Position numbers and translations under genes: made by a program. Source: Octopus sinensis (lineage: Eukaryota). Taken from it: a DNA stretch of 64,000 bases. Position 1 is the first letter of the stretch; every line of letters starts with the position of its first letter. The stretch is from assembly GCF_006345805.1 (NCBI RefSeq), contig NC_043005.1:30380001-30444000 (forward strand), written 5' to 3'. This document shows, one piece after another, positions 11,801-24,189 of this stretch. The notes under the pieces were generated by a model. It did not search any database. It had not been told where the DNA came from and saw nothing but the letters and a program-made list of their open reading frames with translations.

Positions 11801-14800
11801 AGGGGATTCTATGACTTTTTCTGAGGGAGTTACAACTTTTGTGGGAAATTTTGGTTCAGTGTCAGAACTAGATTTCAGCTCTTGTCCAGAACCAGAACTG
11901 AACTTCAAGTCATGCTCAGAGTCAGTGCTAGATTCCAGGTCATCCTCAGACTCAGTACTAGCTTCCAGGTCATCCCCTGATTCAGTGCTAGATTCCAGAT
12001 TATCCTCCTCAGTGTCAGAGCTTGATTCTAGATCATTCCCAGAGGAAGAACTAAGGTCTAAGTTTTTTTCAGAAATTGTGGATGTGATGTCACTATTTAT
12101 AACAGATGTAGGATGTGGAGTTGTAAGAGAAAGAATTTTATATGTTGTGGGAGATTTTGTTGATTGAGAAGTTGAGCCGGAAGGCATTCCGGCTTTATGA
12201 TGGTTGTCATAACTTGAGCTAGAACCAGACTTAAGCCGTGAAATATAACCAGAATGAAGATGAATCATTGATGATTTAACACGAGATTCTGTGACTTTTT
12301 CTGAGGAAGTGGTAACTTTTGTAGGAAATTTTGATTTTAAATTAGGTTCAGTGTCAGAACTAGATTTCAGCTCTTCTCTGGAACCAGAACTAGACTTCAA
12401 GTCATCCTCAGACTCAGTACTAGATTCAAGGTCATCACCTGACTCAGTGCTAGATTCCAGATCATCCTCCTCAGTGTCAGAACTTGCTTCTAGATCATTC
12501 CCAGAGGAAGAACTAGGGTCTAAATCTTTTTCAGAAATTGTGGATGTGATATCACTGTTTATAACAGATGTAGGATGTGAAGTTGTAAGAGAAAGGATTT
12601 TATATGTTGTGGGAGATTTTGCTGGTTGAGAAGTTGAGCTTGAAGGCATTCTGGCTTCATGGTGGTTGTCATAACTTGAGCTTGAACCAGACTTAAGCCG
12701 TGAAATATAACCAGAATGAAGGTGAATCATTGATGATTTAACATGAGATTCTGTGACTCTCTCTGAGTAAGTGGTAACTTTTGTAGGAAATTTTGATTTT
12801 GAATTATTTCTATTGTCAGAAATAAACTCCAGGTCATGTCCATTGCTAGAAATAGACTTCAACTGATTTCCAGACCCAGAGTGAGACTTCAAGTCATCCT
12901 CATTGTCAGAGCTTGATTCTAAATCATCATCTACTGAAGAACTAGACTCTGAATCATCTTCAGTGCTAGAGCTAGATTCCGTTTTATCATCAGATCCCAA
13001 ATGGGATGGTGAACTTGTTGTTTCAACCAAAACAGATTTACTACTGACATAAACTCTAGAAGCTGTGTTAATATAATTACTGATGGCTGAAGAATAATGA
13101 GAAACACTATTAATTGATTGATGTGATACAGAACTAGTCATTAAGTAACTATTTGATATTGGAGTAGGGTTGGGTATTTTAGGTAAGATTGTTGATGTAG
13201 GTTGACTATTTATTACAGATGTGGGAAGAAGAGTTGTAACAGAAAGAAATTTATATTTTGTGGGAGATTTTGTAGAATGAGTAGAGAATGAAGTTATCCT
13301 GGATTCCGGATAATTTACAGACATTGAACTGGAGAGAATAACATCCCCAGAGACAGAACTGGGGCCATAATTATATTTAGATATAGAATTGGAATGAAGA
13401 TAATTCCCTGATGACCTAATATGAGTTTCTGAGAATCTTTTGGAGGGAATAACAACTGTTGTGTCAGTGTGTGACTGCAGGTTACCTCGAGAGTTAGAGC
13501 TAGACTCCAGATAGTCTCCAGAATTAGTGCTTGACTCCAAGTCATCCTCTGAGTCAGAGCTTGATTCTAGATCATCCCCAGAGGAAGAGCTAGATTCTGA
13601 ATCATCTTCTGTGCTAGAGCTAGATTCCTCTTTATCATCAATTTCCAAATGGGATGGAGAACTAGTTGTTTCAACAGAAACAGATTTACTGTTGATATAA
13701 ACACTAGGTGTGTTGATATAATTACTGACAACTGAAGAATATTGAGTAATACTATTAATTGATTGATGTAATATAGAACTAGTAATGTGGTAACTATTTG
13801 AAACTGGGGTAGGTTTGGGCATTTTAGGTGGTATTGTTGATGTGATGTCATTGTTTATAACAGATGTAGGATGTGGAATTGTAAGAGAAAGGAATTTATA
13901 TGTTGTGAGAGATTTTGTTGATTGAGAAGTTGAGCTTGAAGGCATTCTGGTTTCACGAAGATTTCCATAACTGGAACTAGAAACAGACTTAAGCCGTGAA
14001 ATATAACTAGAATGAAGGTAACTCAGTGATGATCTAACACGTGATTCTGCAACTTTCTCTGAAGAAGTGGTAACTTTTATAGGAAATTTTGAATTTAAAT
14101 TTAGTTCAGTATCAGAACTAGATTTTATCTCTTCTCTGGAACCAGAACTAGACTTCAAATCATCCTCAGACTCAGTACTAGCTTCCAGGTCATCCCCTGA
14201 ATCAGTGCTGGATTCCTGGTCCTCCTCAGTGTCAGAACTTGATTCTAGATCATTCCCAGAGGAAGAACTAGGGTCTAAATCTTTTACAGAACTTCTGGAT
14301 GTGATGTCACTGTTTATAACAGATGTAGGATGTGGAGTTGTAAGAGAAAGAATTTTATATGTTGTGGGTGATTTTGTTGATTGAGAAGTTGAGCTTGAAG
14401 GCATTCCGGCTTCATGATGATTGTCATAACTTGAGCTTGAACCAGACTTAAGCCGTGAAATATAACCAGAATGAAGATGAATCAGTGATGATTTAACATG
14501 AGATTCTGTGACTTTTTCTGAAGGAGTTACAACTTTTGTGGGAAATTTTGGTTCAGTGTCAGAACTAGATTTCAGCTCTTCTCTGGAATCAGAATTAGAC
14601 TTCAAGTCATGCTCAGAGTCAGTGCTAGATTCAAGGTCATCCCCTAACTCAGTACTAGATTCCAGGTCATCCCCTGAATCAGTGCTAGATTCCTGGTCCT
14701 CCTCAGTGTCAGAGCTTGATTCTAGGTCATTGCCAGAGGAAGAACTGGGGTCTAAATCTTTTACAGAACTTGTGGATGTGATGTCACTGTTTATAACAGA

Positions 14801-16469
14801 TGTAGGATGTGGAGTTGTAAGAGAAAGAATTTTATATGATGTGGGAGATTTTGTTGATTGAGAAGTTGAGCTTGAAGGCATTCCGGCTTCACGATGATTG
14901 TCATAACTTGAGCTTGAACCAGACTTAAGCCGTGAAATATAACCAGAATGAAGGTGAATCTTTGATGATTTAACATGAGATTCTGTGACTTTTTCTGAGG
15001 GAGTTACAACTTTTGTGGGAAATTTTGGTTCAGTGTCAGAACTAGATTTCAGCTCTTGTCCAGATCCAGAACTTGACTTCAAGTCATGCTCAGAGTCAGT
15101 GCTAGATTCCAGGTCATCTTCAGTGTCAGAGCTGGATTCCAAGTCATCCCCAGATGAAGAACTAGACTCTGAATCATCTCCAATACTAGAGCCAGATTCC
15201 TTTTCATCGTCAGATTCTTGAGATCTAGTATTGGTAAAGTGGCTAGAGGTTGTATTATTATAATTACGAATGACTGAAGAATAATGAGTAACACTTTCAA
15301 TTGATTGATACAATGTAGAACTAGTAATGTGGTAACTATTTGAAACTGGGGTAGGTTTGGGCATTTTAGGTGGTGTTGTTGATGTGATGTCACTGTTTAT
15401 GACAGATGTAGGATGTGGAATTGTAAGAGAAAGGAATTTTTCTGTTGTGGGGGATTTTGTGGATTGAGAAGTTGATATTGAAGGCATTGTGGTTTCTGGA
15501 TGATTTAAAGACATTGAGCTGGAGGCAAGGTATGAAACAGAACTGGATTCAGGGTGAAATCCAGTGGCTGAAGATATGCCAGAGTAGTCTTTATTTACTG
15601 AGCTAGAGTGATGATGATCTTTGGAAACTGAAATGGATTGAATAGAATTTGCAGAGGTTGAACCAGATTCAAGATTATCCCCAGATGTCGAACCAGATTC
15701 AAGATCATCTCCAGGTGTTGAACCAGATTCAAGATCATCTGCAGAGGATGAACTAGAGTCAGGATCATCTTCAGAATCTGAATTTGAGTCAAGATTATCT
15801 CCAGAACCTGATCTAGAATCAAGGACATTCTGAGTGGATGTGGTTGAATCTAAAGGAGTGTGAGTGGTTAATATTGAGTGGAGATAATTTTGAAATGGTG
15901 CTGTAGAATTTAAGTGGTTGTGAAAAGGTAAACTAGATTCCTGATAATTTGCTGGTGTTATAGTTGTGTGTTTATAATTAGGAATGGTTGAAATGGTGTT
16001 TGTATGATTGTGATGTTTAGGATTAGAATCTGTGGTACCCGTAGAAACTAATTTAACTTCTGTTGATTTCCTTGGTTCACCAAGAACTGAAGAATTTTGC
16101 TCTTTCTCATGACCATTTATGACATCTGAAGTAGACTCTCCTTTTATACTATCAAAACTCTCAAATTCTTTTTCTACATAAATATCACTATTTGATGATG
16201 GAAATTTAACGGCAGGCACATATTCATCTTCTGCTTCTTCCGAGGTCCCAAACTCATTAGGACTGTTACCAAGCTGCTTTGAAGTTTCCACTTCATTATC
16301 CTCCAATCCAATAAATGTACATGTAAAGCCAGAGGGATCTAAACACTCAGCTGAGCCATGCTCATCATAATTGTCCCCTGAACTATGAAGCCACTCACCA
16401 GATATGTTGTAAGGAACATCAGTTTTGTTGTATGACAGTTGGGGTTCACAAAGTTCAGGGTTGCCACGC
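5836..16469 (-). CDS. HHIPL: Giant terminal exon of the HHIP-like gene: ~3,550 aa Ser/Asp/Glu/Thr-rich repetitive (proteoglycan/phosphoprotein/mucin-like) tail
   Basis: Acceptor cttttctacttttcacag at 16470. Starts RGNPELCEPQLSY..., 54 codons upstream of and in frame with ORF 9305..16306. Continues as ORF 5836..8901 once 11 deleted bases in ~8660-9360 are restored by comparison with the tandem duplicate. Stop TGA at 5836-5838. Confidence 0.8.
7381..9577 (-). repeat. Near-perfect 1,104-bp (368-codon) tandem duplication within the giant exon; related third copy at ~13250-14250
   Basis: The anchor agtgtcagaacttgattctagatca recurs at 7381, 8485 and 9578 (spacings 1,104 and 1,093). Identical shadow ORFs at 7572/13315 and 7824/13567. 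Confidence 0.92.
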
Positions 16470-17506
16470 CTGTGAAAAGTAGAAAAGAAAGCTATTTTTT
16501 CAAAATATTAAACAGCATTAAGACAAGTTTTAACTTCAGGCCTACTCTGGATAAACAAATTGAGCTAACGATGGGTCTGTTCAGCCAGTGCTTGTTAAAA
16601 TATCTGCAATGGTATACTAGTGTGCTCCAAAGGCTGTTTAGGTGTTTTGTAGACTTTTAAAACCCTGAATCAAGGCTTTAGAAAATTCATTCTGAAATGG
16701 ATTATCTACGGATTATCTATGGATTATCTTGAAAAATATATTCGTTTATTCTTTCATTCTTTTACTTGTTTCAGTCATTTGACTGCAGCCATGCTGGAGC
16801 ACTGCCTTAAATGGTGTTAGTCGAAGAAATCAACCCTAGGACTTATTCTTTTGTAAACCTAGAACTGGGATTTTCACTAATAAAATTTTCAACAAGATGT
16901 TAAGGTTAGTGTATAAAAAAAAATTTATAAAGGCATGGTTCTGTGTTCAGTCCCTCTGTGTAGCACCTTGGGCAAGTGTCTTCTACTATAGCCTCAGGCT
17001 GACCAAAGCCTTGTGAGTGGATTTGGTAGACAGAAACTGGAAGAAGACCATCGTATGTGTGTATGTATATATATATGTACAATTTAAAAATAGGACGAAA
17101 TCTTTATAAGAATTTATCAAGTAGTCAGTGTGAAAAACCTCATAAGAGAAAAAAATCCACCAATATTTTCACTTAAATATATTTATTTACATTATATAGA
17201 GGGCATTATTACACATAAATGCTACGTGCTAGGAGGGACTCAAAGTCAAAACTACTAAAATAAATAAACACATCGTACCAAAGTCATTTAAAAACAGAAC
17301 TTAGCTGCAGATCACCGCGATTTCATAACCAGTGCAGTGGTGCACTTTTTAATCACCAGTGCAAGCATAATTCAAGATTTATAATGAATGAACAAAATCA
17401 ACATACCAGACGAACAGTCATTGTATCCAACGTATTTATTTATTTTAGTAATTTTGACTTTAAGAGTCCCTCCTAGCATGTGGCATTTATGTGTAGTAAT
17501 GCCCTC

Positions 17507-17548
<42 letters not shown>

Positions 17549-17699
17549 GTCTGTGTTTCTCCGCTCATCATTGCTTGACAACCAATGTTGGTGTGTTTAT
17601 GTCCTCGTAATTTAGTGGTTCAGCAAAAAAGACGATAGAATAAGTTCTAGGCTTACAAAGAATAAGTCCCCCACCAAATATGAATATTAATACCGATCA

Positions 17700-17830
17700 A
17701 ATGTACTCCTGTGTTTCATAATGTTGTGACCAATTCTCAGAGTCTCTTGGTATTGTGAATATTACTTGAATACAGCTTAAGGTCATCAACAAAAAAGATA
17801 TGTTTGACACTAAATTCTATTAAATAATCT
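17700..17830 (-). mobile_element. RT fragment of an RLE-type (R4/Dong-like) LINE
   Basis: Minus-strand translation VKHIFFVDDLKLYSSNIH (YMDDLKLY-type motif). Confidence 0.6.
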
Positions 17831-18574
17831 GCATGTTTTCTGAGCAGAGCTGACAGGCAGACATGCTGTCAAACTGGAACATTTCTGTCAATAACCTAAA
17901 TCTGTTAGTAACTAGAGTAGTAGCTTCAGTTCTTATTGGGAGATCAGTGGATCATGTTACTTTCAATTTCTTAATGGTCTCAACTGTAGCAATTGATATC
18001 TTGACAAGAAACAGTGACTGTAATATTCATGAGTGAGAGACAGGGTTAAATGTTATCTTATTAGGTCTGGTCACACAGTCAAGAGCCTTTAGTGAAGCTG
18101 CTTCACCTCCTTAAGGACAGCTTTGTTGAGGAAGAGCTGCCTGGTACAGCCCTAAACTCCTTTCTTTCCTCTTGCCTGCTCATCAGTTCCTACATTGCTT
18201 GTTTCTAAGAGATTCTAGAGAAATACAAACAAATTGTGCACGGCTTGTATATAAGAACATTTAAATATGCAATGATAACGTAGCTTTTGGCTACGGGTAT
18301 CACTTGATATGTATATATCTATCTATTTCTTTACTGCCCACAGGGGGCTAAATGTAGAGGGGACAAACAAGGAAAGACAAGGGGATTAAGTTGATTGCAT
18401 TGACCCCAGTGCATAAATGGTACTTATTTAATCAACCCCGAAAAGATGAAAGGCAAAGCTGACCTTGGCGGAATTTGAACTCAGAACATAATGGTAGACA
18501 AAATACCACTTAGCATTTCGCTTAGCATGCTAACAATTCTACCAGCTCATCATCATCATCATCATTATCATCAT

Positions 18575-18970
18575 TGTTTAACATCCACTTTCCATGCTGG
18601 CATGGATTGGACGGTTTGACTGAAGACTGACGAGCTAGAAGGCTGCACCAGGCTCCAATTTGATCTGGCAAGGTCTCTACAGCTGGATGCCCTCCCTAAT
18701 GCCAACCACTCTGAGAGTGTAGTGGGTGCTTTTTTACATGCCACCAGTATGGGATCCAGCCAGGTGGTACTGGCATCAACCATGACTATGATTTCACTTG
18801 GCTCAACAGGTCTTCTCAAGCACCGTACATTGCCTGATGATTGAAGGGAACTCTTAAATGGGCTGGTTATGCGACACTGGCATAAGCCATGGCTACGGTC
18901 TCACTTGGTTTGCCGGGTCTTTTCAAGCACAGCATCTCTCCAAATGTCTTGGTTGCTTGTCATGCCTCAT
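18575..18970 (-). mobile_element. RTE-LINE 3'-end-related non-autonomous repeat
   Basis: (CAT)n followed by tttaacatccactttccatgc...ggatgccctccctaatgccaacc, the reverse complement of an RTE-type 3' tail. Confidence 0.55.
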
Positions 18971-19433
18971 ATTATGTATGTATGTATGTCTTGTATGTAA
19001 CCAATAATGAGGTATTTCTCTATAGTTATCCCAGCACAGTTTTTCTTACAGATGGAATTATATGTTGTTTTGGCAACAACATATGATATTGGAAGGTCAT
19101 ACCATAATGATGTTCTGCAGACAGAGGCAGACTTCATGTCAATTATTTTCCACAAACATAAAAATAGTTACTAATTTTGGTTGTTTCTTGGCAGTTTTAA
19201 GACTTCACTGTATCTTTTGTTCATTAGATAATTTTCCTTCATTAACTGTAGCTCTCAGATTGCAAAAATATCACTTCTAATGTTTAGACACAAAACTCTC
19301 TCACAAAATATAATTCTTCTACCAATGAACAACATTCAGTTCTTAGACTTTCAGAAATTGCAACAGGAACTAAAAAAATAAATAAATAAATAAAGTAAAA
19401 AGAGGGGAGACTATTAAAATAGGCTGACTTTAC

Positions 19434-19515
19434 CTGAATGGATCAACTAACTTGTAAATGCTACCACTCGGTACAGTGGCACTGGCAATGTTGGTGCTCA
19501 ATATATAAATTTCAC
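19434..19515 (-). CDS. HHIPL: HHIP-like protein, internal exon, 82 bp, phase 1->2 (absent from ORF track)
   Basis: Acceptor ctttcctccag, donor AG|gtaaag. Encodes EIYILSTNIASATVPSGSIYKLVDPF(R), the last propeller blade ('GE.Y..ST...SA....G..YK.VDP.RR'). Confidence 0.93.
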
Positions 19516-20229
19516 CTGGAGGAAAGACAAATCATTTCAAATATGACATTATGGTTGCGTTGATTAATGGTTTATTATTGGAAGCAATAAAGCAGTTCTG
19601 AATACAAAAGGGAAAAGAGAAAGAAGATAGAAGATAGAAGAGGAGGAGGCAGAGGAGGGCAATGATGATAAGGACAAGTGTGATGGAAATGAAGGTGATA
19701 ATAGTGGTGATGATGGTATTATGATGATGATGATGATGACAATGATAGCAATGATGATGGTAGCAGCAGTGGTAAGATGATGATTATGATGATGAGGAGG
19801 AGGAGGAGGGGAGAAGGAGGGTAAGAATGGCGATGGTGATGATGATGACGATAGTGATGATGATGGGGTGGTGGAGTGGGGTAATGGTAGTGACGAGGAT
19901 ACAGATTATGTTAACAACATTGATAATGATCGTATATTATCTTTGAAGATTAATAAATCTACAGCCATGAGCAATAATCAGTAAAACTATCTCATATCAA
20001 ACATTAATATTTCTAAGATGAAAACCTCTTTTCTGTACACCTGCATTATACATTTCCGTATGCACAGTTCATAAGTAGACAACTGATGATTCACTCTTTC
20101 AATATTCAGAGTTGCATACATAAAGTCAGTATTCAGACGTCACTCATAAATGGAAGAATAACTACAAGTTACTGGTAAACATGTTCCTTATTAGTTGTTA
20201 CGAAGGTCGGCTCTTATTCTTCTCTACTC

Positions 20230-21070
20230 TAGGCACAAGGCCCGAAATTTTTTTTTTTGGGGGGGGGCCAATCGATTAGATCGACCCCAGCACGCAACTG
20301 GTGGTTAATTTATCGACCCCGAAAGGATAAAAGGCAAAGTCGACCTCGACGGAATTTGAACTCAGAGTATAAAGATAGACGAAATACCTATTTCTTTATT
20401 ACCCACAAGGGGCTAAACATAGAGGGGACAAACAAGGACAGACATAGGTATTAAGTCGATTACATCGACCCCAGTGCGTAACTGGTACTTAATTTATCGA
20501 CTCCGAAAGGATGAAAGGTAAAGTTGACCTCGGCGGAATTTGAACTCAGAACATAATGGCAGACGAAATACGGCTACGCATTTCGCCCGGAGTGCTAACG
20601 TCTCTGCCAGCTCCCCGCCTTCGTAAATACCGCTAGGCAGTTCGCTCAGCGTGCTAACGTTTCTTATTTCTTTATTGCCCACAAGGGGCTAAACATAGAG
20701 GGGACAAACAAAGGGATTAAGTCGATTACATCGACCCAGTGCGTAACTGGTACTTAAGTTATCGACACCGAAAGGATGAAAGGCAAAGTCGACCTCGGTG
20801 GAATTTGAACTCAGAACTTAAAGATAGACGAAATACCCATTTCTTTATTACCCACAAGGGGCTAAACATAGAAGGGACAAACAAGGATAGACATAGGTAT
20901 TAAGTCGATTACATCGAACCCAAGTGCGTAACTGGTACTTAATTTATCGACCCCGAAAGGATGAAAGGTAAAGTCGACCTCGGCGGAATTTGAACTCACA
21001 ACGTAACGGCAGACGAAATACCGCTAGGCAGTTCGCCCGGCGTGCTAACGTTTCTGCAAGCTCGCCGCTG
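20230..21070 (-). mobile_element. Head-to-tail array (~5 units) of an abundant tRNA-derived SINE
   Basis: Repeated ~190-bp unit ...cccacaaggggctaaac...gtcgattacatcgaccccagtgcgtaactggtac...gaaaggatgaaaggcaaagtcgacctcggcggaatttgaactcagaac. Confidence 0.9.
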
Positions 21071-21946
21071 GGGGTCTTATTACTCAAAAGTAGAGATCAC
21101 GTAATGGAAATAATTGCAAGCCTATACAGCAAAGATTTAAGGGAGACAACTCAGCCATGACCAATATTTATGAACTTTCATTATCAGGGGAGGTTACCGT
21201 GTGTGGCTTGTTTACCTTGTAACTTGACATGGGTTGTTCAACCGTTTGGCAAGTTTGCAAGGGAAAGGTCCACTTGTGACAGAAATAGACGGTTGAAGAC
21301 TTTGTTCAGCAGGGAAATGAATCAAATTGAAGAATTTCCTCCACTCAGATTCCTACCTGAACTTTAAAAATGACGTTTTGCCATCATGAGCGCAAGTACA
21401 CCTAATTATAAGGATTAGCTCTTCTTCCGCCTCGGCTTCTCTCACCGTAAACGAGGAGTTAATTTTCCCATAGATGGCATGCATTTACAGGACTACACGT
21501 CTTTTTTTTTAAATCCCCTACTCCTTCACCCCATGCGCCTCTAAACCTCTTTGTCGTCATTTCTACCCCCACCATCTCCATCTCATTTTTGTTCCCCTCT
21601 TCACGCTACTGCTAAATATCACAAAACTAGGGTGCACTTTTTGCCATCTGAATACTGATACGCACGTCACTGGCTAAAAAAGGGACCTATATAAGGGACA
21701 TAACTCTAATGGGTTTAGGGGTCAACCATATTCTTCTTGTTCTGTTTATTTCCGGTTTTTCTTTCATCCATGAATCTCGTTCCTTTTTCTTTTTTTACAA
21801 ATCTGAACACATAAACCAGATGTAATATTTTCAGACAAAAAATCATATTTTTCCATTCAGCCATGTCCTATGAATGCTAATTTACCTCTCCGATTATCGA
21901 AGGTTATTTTCATGAAATCGTTCGGTAATATTTAATGGTTGTTATA

Positions 21947-21999
<53 letters not shown>

Positions 22000-22014
22000 G
22001 TAATAATATTCCTT

Positions 22015-22580
22015 TCTACTGGAAGCACAAGGCCTCAGATTTGGGGGAAGGGATTAAGTCGATTACATCAACCCAAGTGCGTAACTGGTACTAATTTTAT
22101 CGACCCTGAAAGGATGAAATGCAAAGTCGACCTCAGAACGTAACGGCAAACGAAATACCTATTTCTTTACTACCCACAAGGGGCTAAACACAGAGAGGAC
22201 AAATAAGGACAGACAAACGGATTAAGTCGATGAGATCGACCCCAGTGCGTAATTGGTACTTATTTAATCGACCCCGAAAGGATGAAAGGCAAAGTCGACC
22301 TCGGCGGAATTTGAACTCAGAACGTAATGGCAGACGAAATACCTATTTTTTAACTACTCACAAGGGGCTAAACACAGAGAGGACAAACAAGGACAGACAA
22401 ACGGATCAAGTCGATTACATCGACCCCAAGTGCGTAACTGGTACTTAATTTATCGACCCCGAAAGGATGAAAGGCAAAGTCGACCTCGACGGAATTTGAA
22501 CTCAGAACGTAACGTCAGATGAAATACTACGAACCATTTCGCCTGGTATTCTAACGATTCTGCCAACTCGCTGCCTTAAT
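22015..22580 (-). mobile_element. Tandem array (3-4 units) of the same SINE
   Basis: Same unit and junction sequence as 20230-21070. Confidence 0.88.
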
Positions 22581-22589
22581 AATAATAAT

Positions 22590-22935
22590 GTTTGACCTTA
22601 ACCAGTTGAGCATGTCCCTTAGTGGATGACGATATGTGCATCTCTGATCATGAGCAGAAGTAGTTGGGGAACATCATAGCAAAGACGTGGTATCAGCAAA
22701 CCCCCAAAGGATCACCGAAAATGAGAATTGCAGAATCCTGTGGGATGCAACGATCCAGTGCGATCACCTGACCAGACATTGGAAACCGGACATGGTTGTG
22801 GTGAATAAAAAAGAAAGAGCATCCATGATAACAGACATAGCATGCCCCGGTGACAACAGGATTAATGCAAAAGAAGACAAAATACGCAACTATGACAATT
22901 TGTAGTAGGAAATACGAAGGTTGTGGTCAATGTAA
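22590..22935 (+). mobile_element. Chimera: non-coding repeat segment fused to an RLE endonuclease fragment of an R4/Dong-like LINE
   Basis: 22590-22680 is the reverse complement of part of 39660-39765. It is followed by ENENCRILWDATIQCDH...KPDMVVVNKKE...DIACPGD (PD-(D/E)xK RLE motif). Confidence 0.75.
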
Positions 22936-23133
22936 TGGTTCTGAGGAAGCTATAGGGTGTTGCACAGGCTTACAGTGCAGAGTGTACTGCTTCGTCTGCA
23001 GAAACAGCGGCAGGCTAATGAAGGTAATAGCATAAGGCTTGTTCTTTTGTCTTTCACTAATTGATATTACGCTGTGTACTTTCTTAATGCTTTAATCTAA
23101 AGTGTATTAGTATCACTACACCTAAGCGAAATC

Positions 23134-23164
<31 letters not shown>

Positions 23165-23278
23165 CACACACACACACACGGATGCGCATATACATATATA
23201 TATGGAGAGATAGAGAGACACAGAAGATATTTAACAACAGTATCAAGGCATAGTTGTTAATTAAAGAATTTGACTTAC

Positions 23279-23421
23279 CATATTGATCTTCCCCGAAAGA
23301 GAGAATAAAAGGACTGTAAGATCCCTGCAAGCCATTAAAACAGACATCGTCTCCACACATGTGAATCTCTTTGTTCAACCAGATTTGCGATTCGTTGAAT
23401 TGGTAAAGATAGAAGAGACGC
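23279..23421 (-). CDS. HHIPL: HHIP-like protein, internal exon, 143 bp, phase 2->1
   Basis: Acceptor ctctgtag, donor G|gtaagt. Encodes RLFYLYQFNESQIWLNKEIHMCGDDVCFNGLQGSYSPFILSFGEDQY(G) ('ILSFGED..GE'). Confidence 0.94.
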
Positions 23422-23713
23422 CTACAGAGGAAGAGGGAGAGAGAGAGAGAGAAAGATGAGGCTCTCGGTATTACAATAATAATGTAATTGAGACAACACA
23501 ACAACAACAACACAACAACAGTAAAACGAATAATACTGACATACATACACAGGTGCCGGCATGGCTTTATGATTCGAAGCTTATTTCCCAATCACATGGT
23601 TCCGGGTTCAGTCCCACTGCGTGACACCTTGGGCAAGTGTCTTCTAATATAGCCTCGGACCAACCAAAGCCATTGTGAGTGGATTTGGTAGACGGAAACT
23701 GAAAGAAGCCCGT

Positions 23714-23766
<53 letters not shown>

Positions 23767-24189
23767 GTATGTATTTGTGTGTCTGTGTTTGTCCCCCCAC
23801 CATCTAATGTTGGTATGTTTACGTCCACTTAACCTAACGGTTCAGCAAAAGAGACCGATAACCGATAGAATAAGTACTAGGCTTACAAAGAATAAGTCCG
23901 GGAGTCGAGTTGTTCGACTAAAGGTGGTGCTCCAGCATGGCCGCAGTCAAATAACAACCAAGTAAAAGAACAACAAGATCAGCAAGAATAGCAACATTAA
24001 TTGTAATAAATGTTTATAGTTTTGGGACGAGGCCAGAAATTTTAAGGGCTGCGGGTTTAGGGGATAACCCGCCTCCAATATTTAACTGATTCTTAATCTT
24101 ATCAATTCCCAGAGGAATGAAAAGCAAAGTGGATCTCAGTGGAATTGGAACTCAGACTGTAAACAGGAATGCTGCAACATTTATTGTTT

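Noticed and set aside
8366-15221. Recurrent plus-strand ORFs (MSELDFSSSLEPELD…, MTFSEGVTTFVG…) as an antisense gene
   Set aside because: Shadows of the minus-strand Ser/Asp repeat, whose units are rich in short palindromes (tctaga, agtact, gagct). They are interrupted by stops in every cassette.
9305-16306. Stand-alone 2,333-aa and 1,021-aa genes as given by the ORF track
   Set aside because: Their starts are TTG or out-of-frame codons. The frame extends to a splice acceptor at 16469, and the two ORFs join once the 11-nt deletion cluster is corrected.
21209-21350. Segment bounded by minus-strand acceptor- and donor-like sites
   Set aside because: Stops in all three frames; not needed for the HHIPL reading frame.
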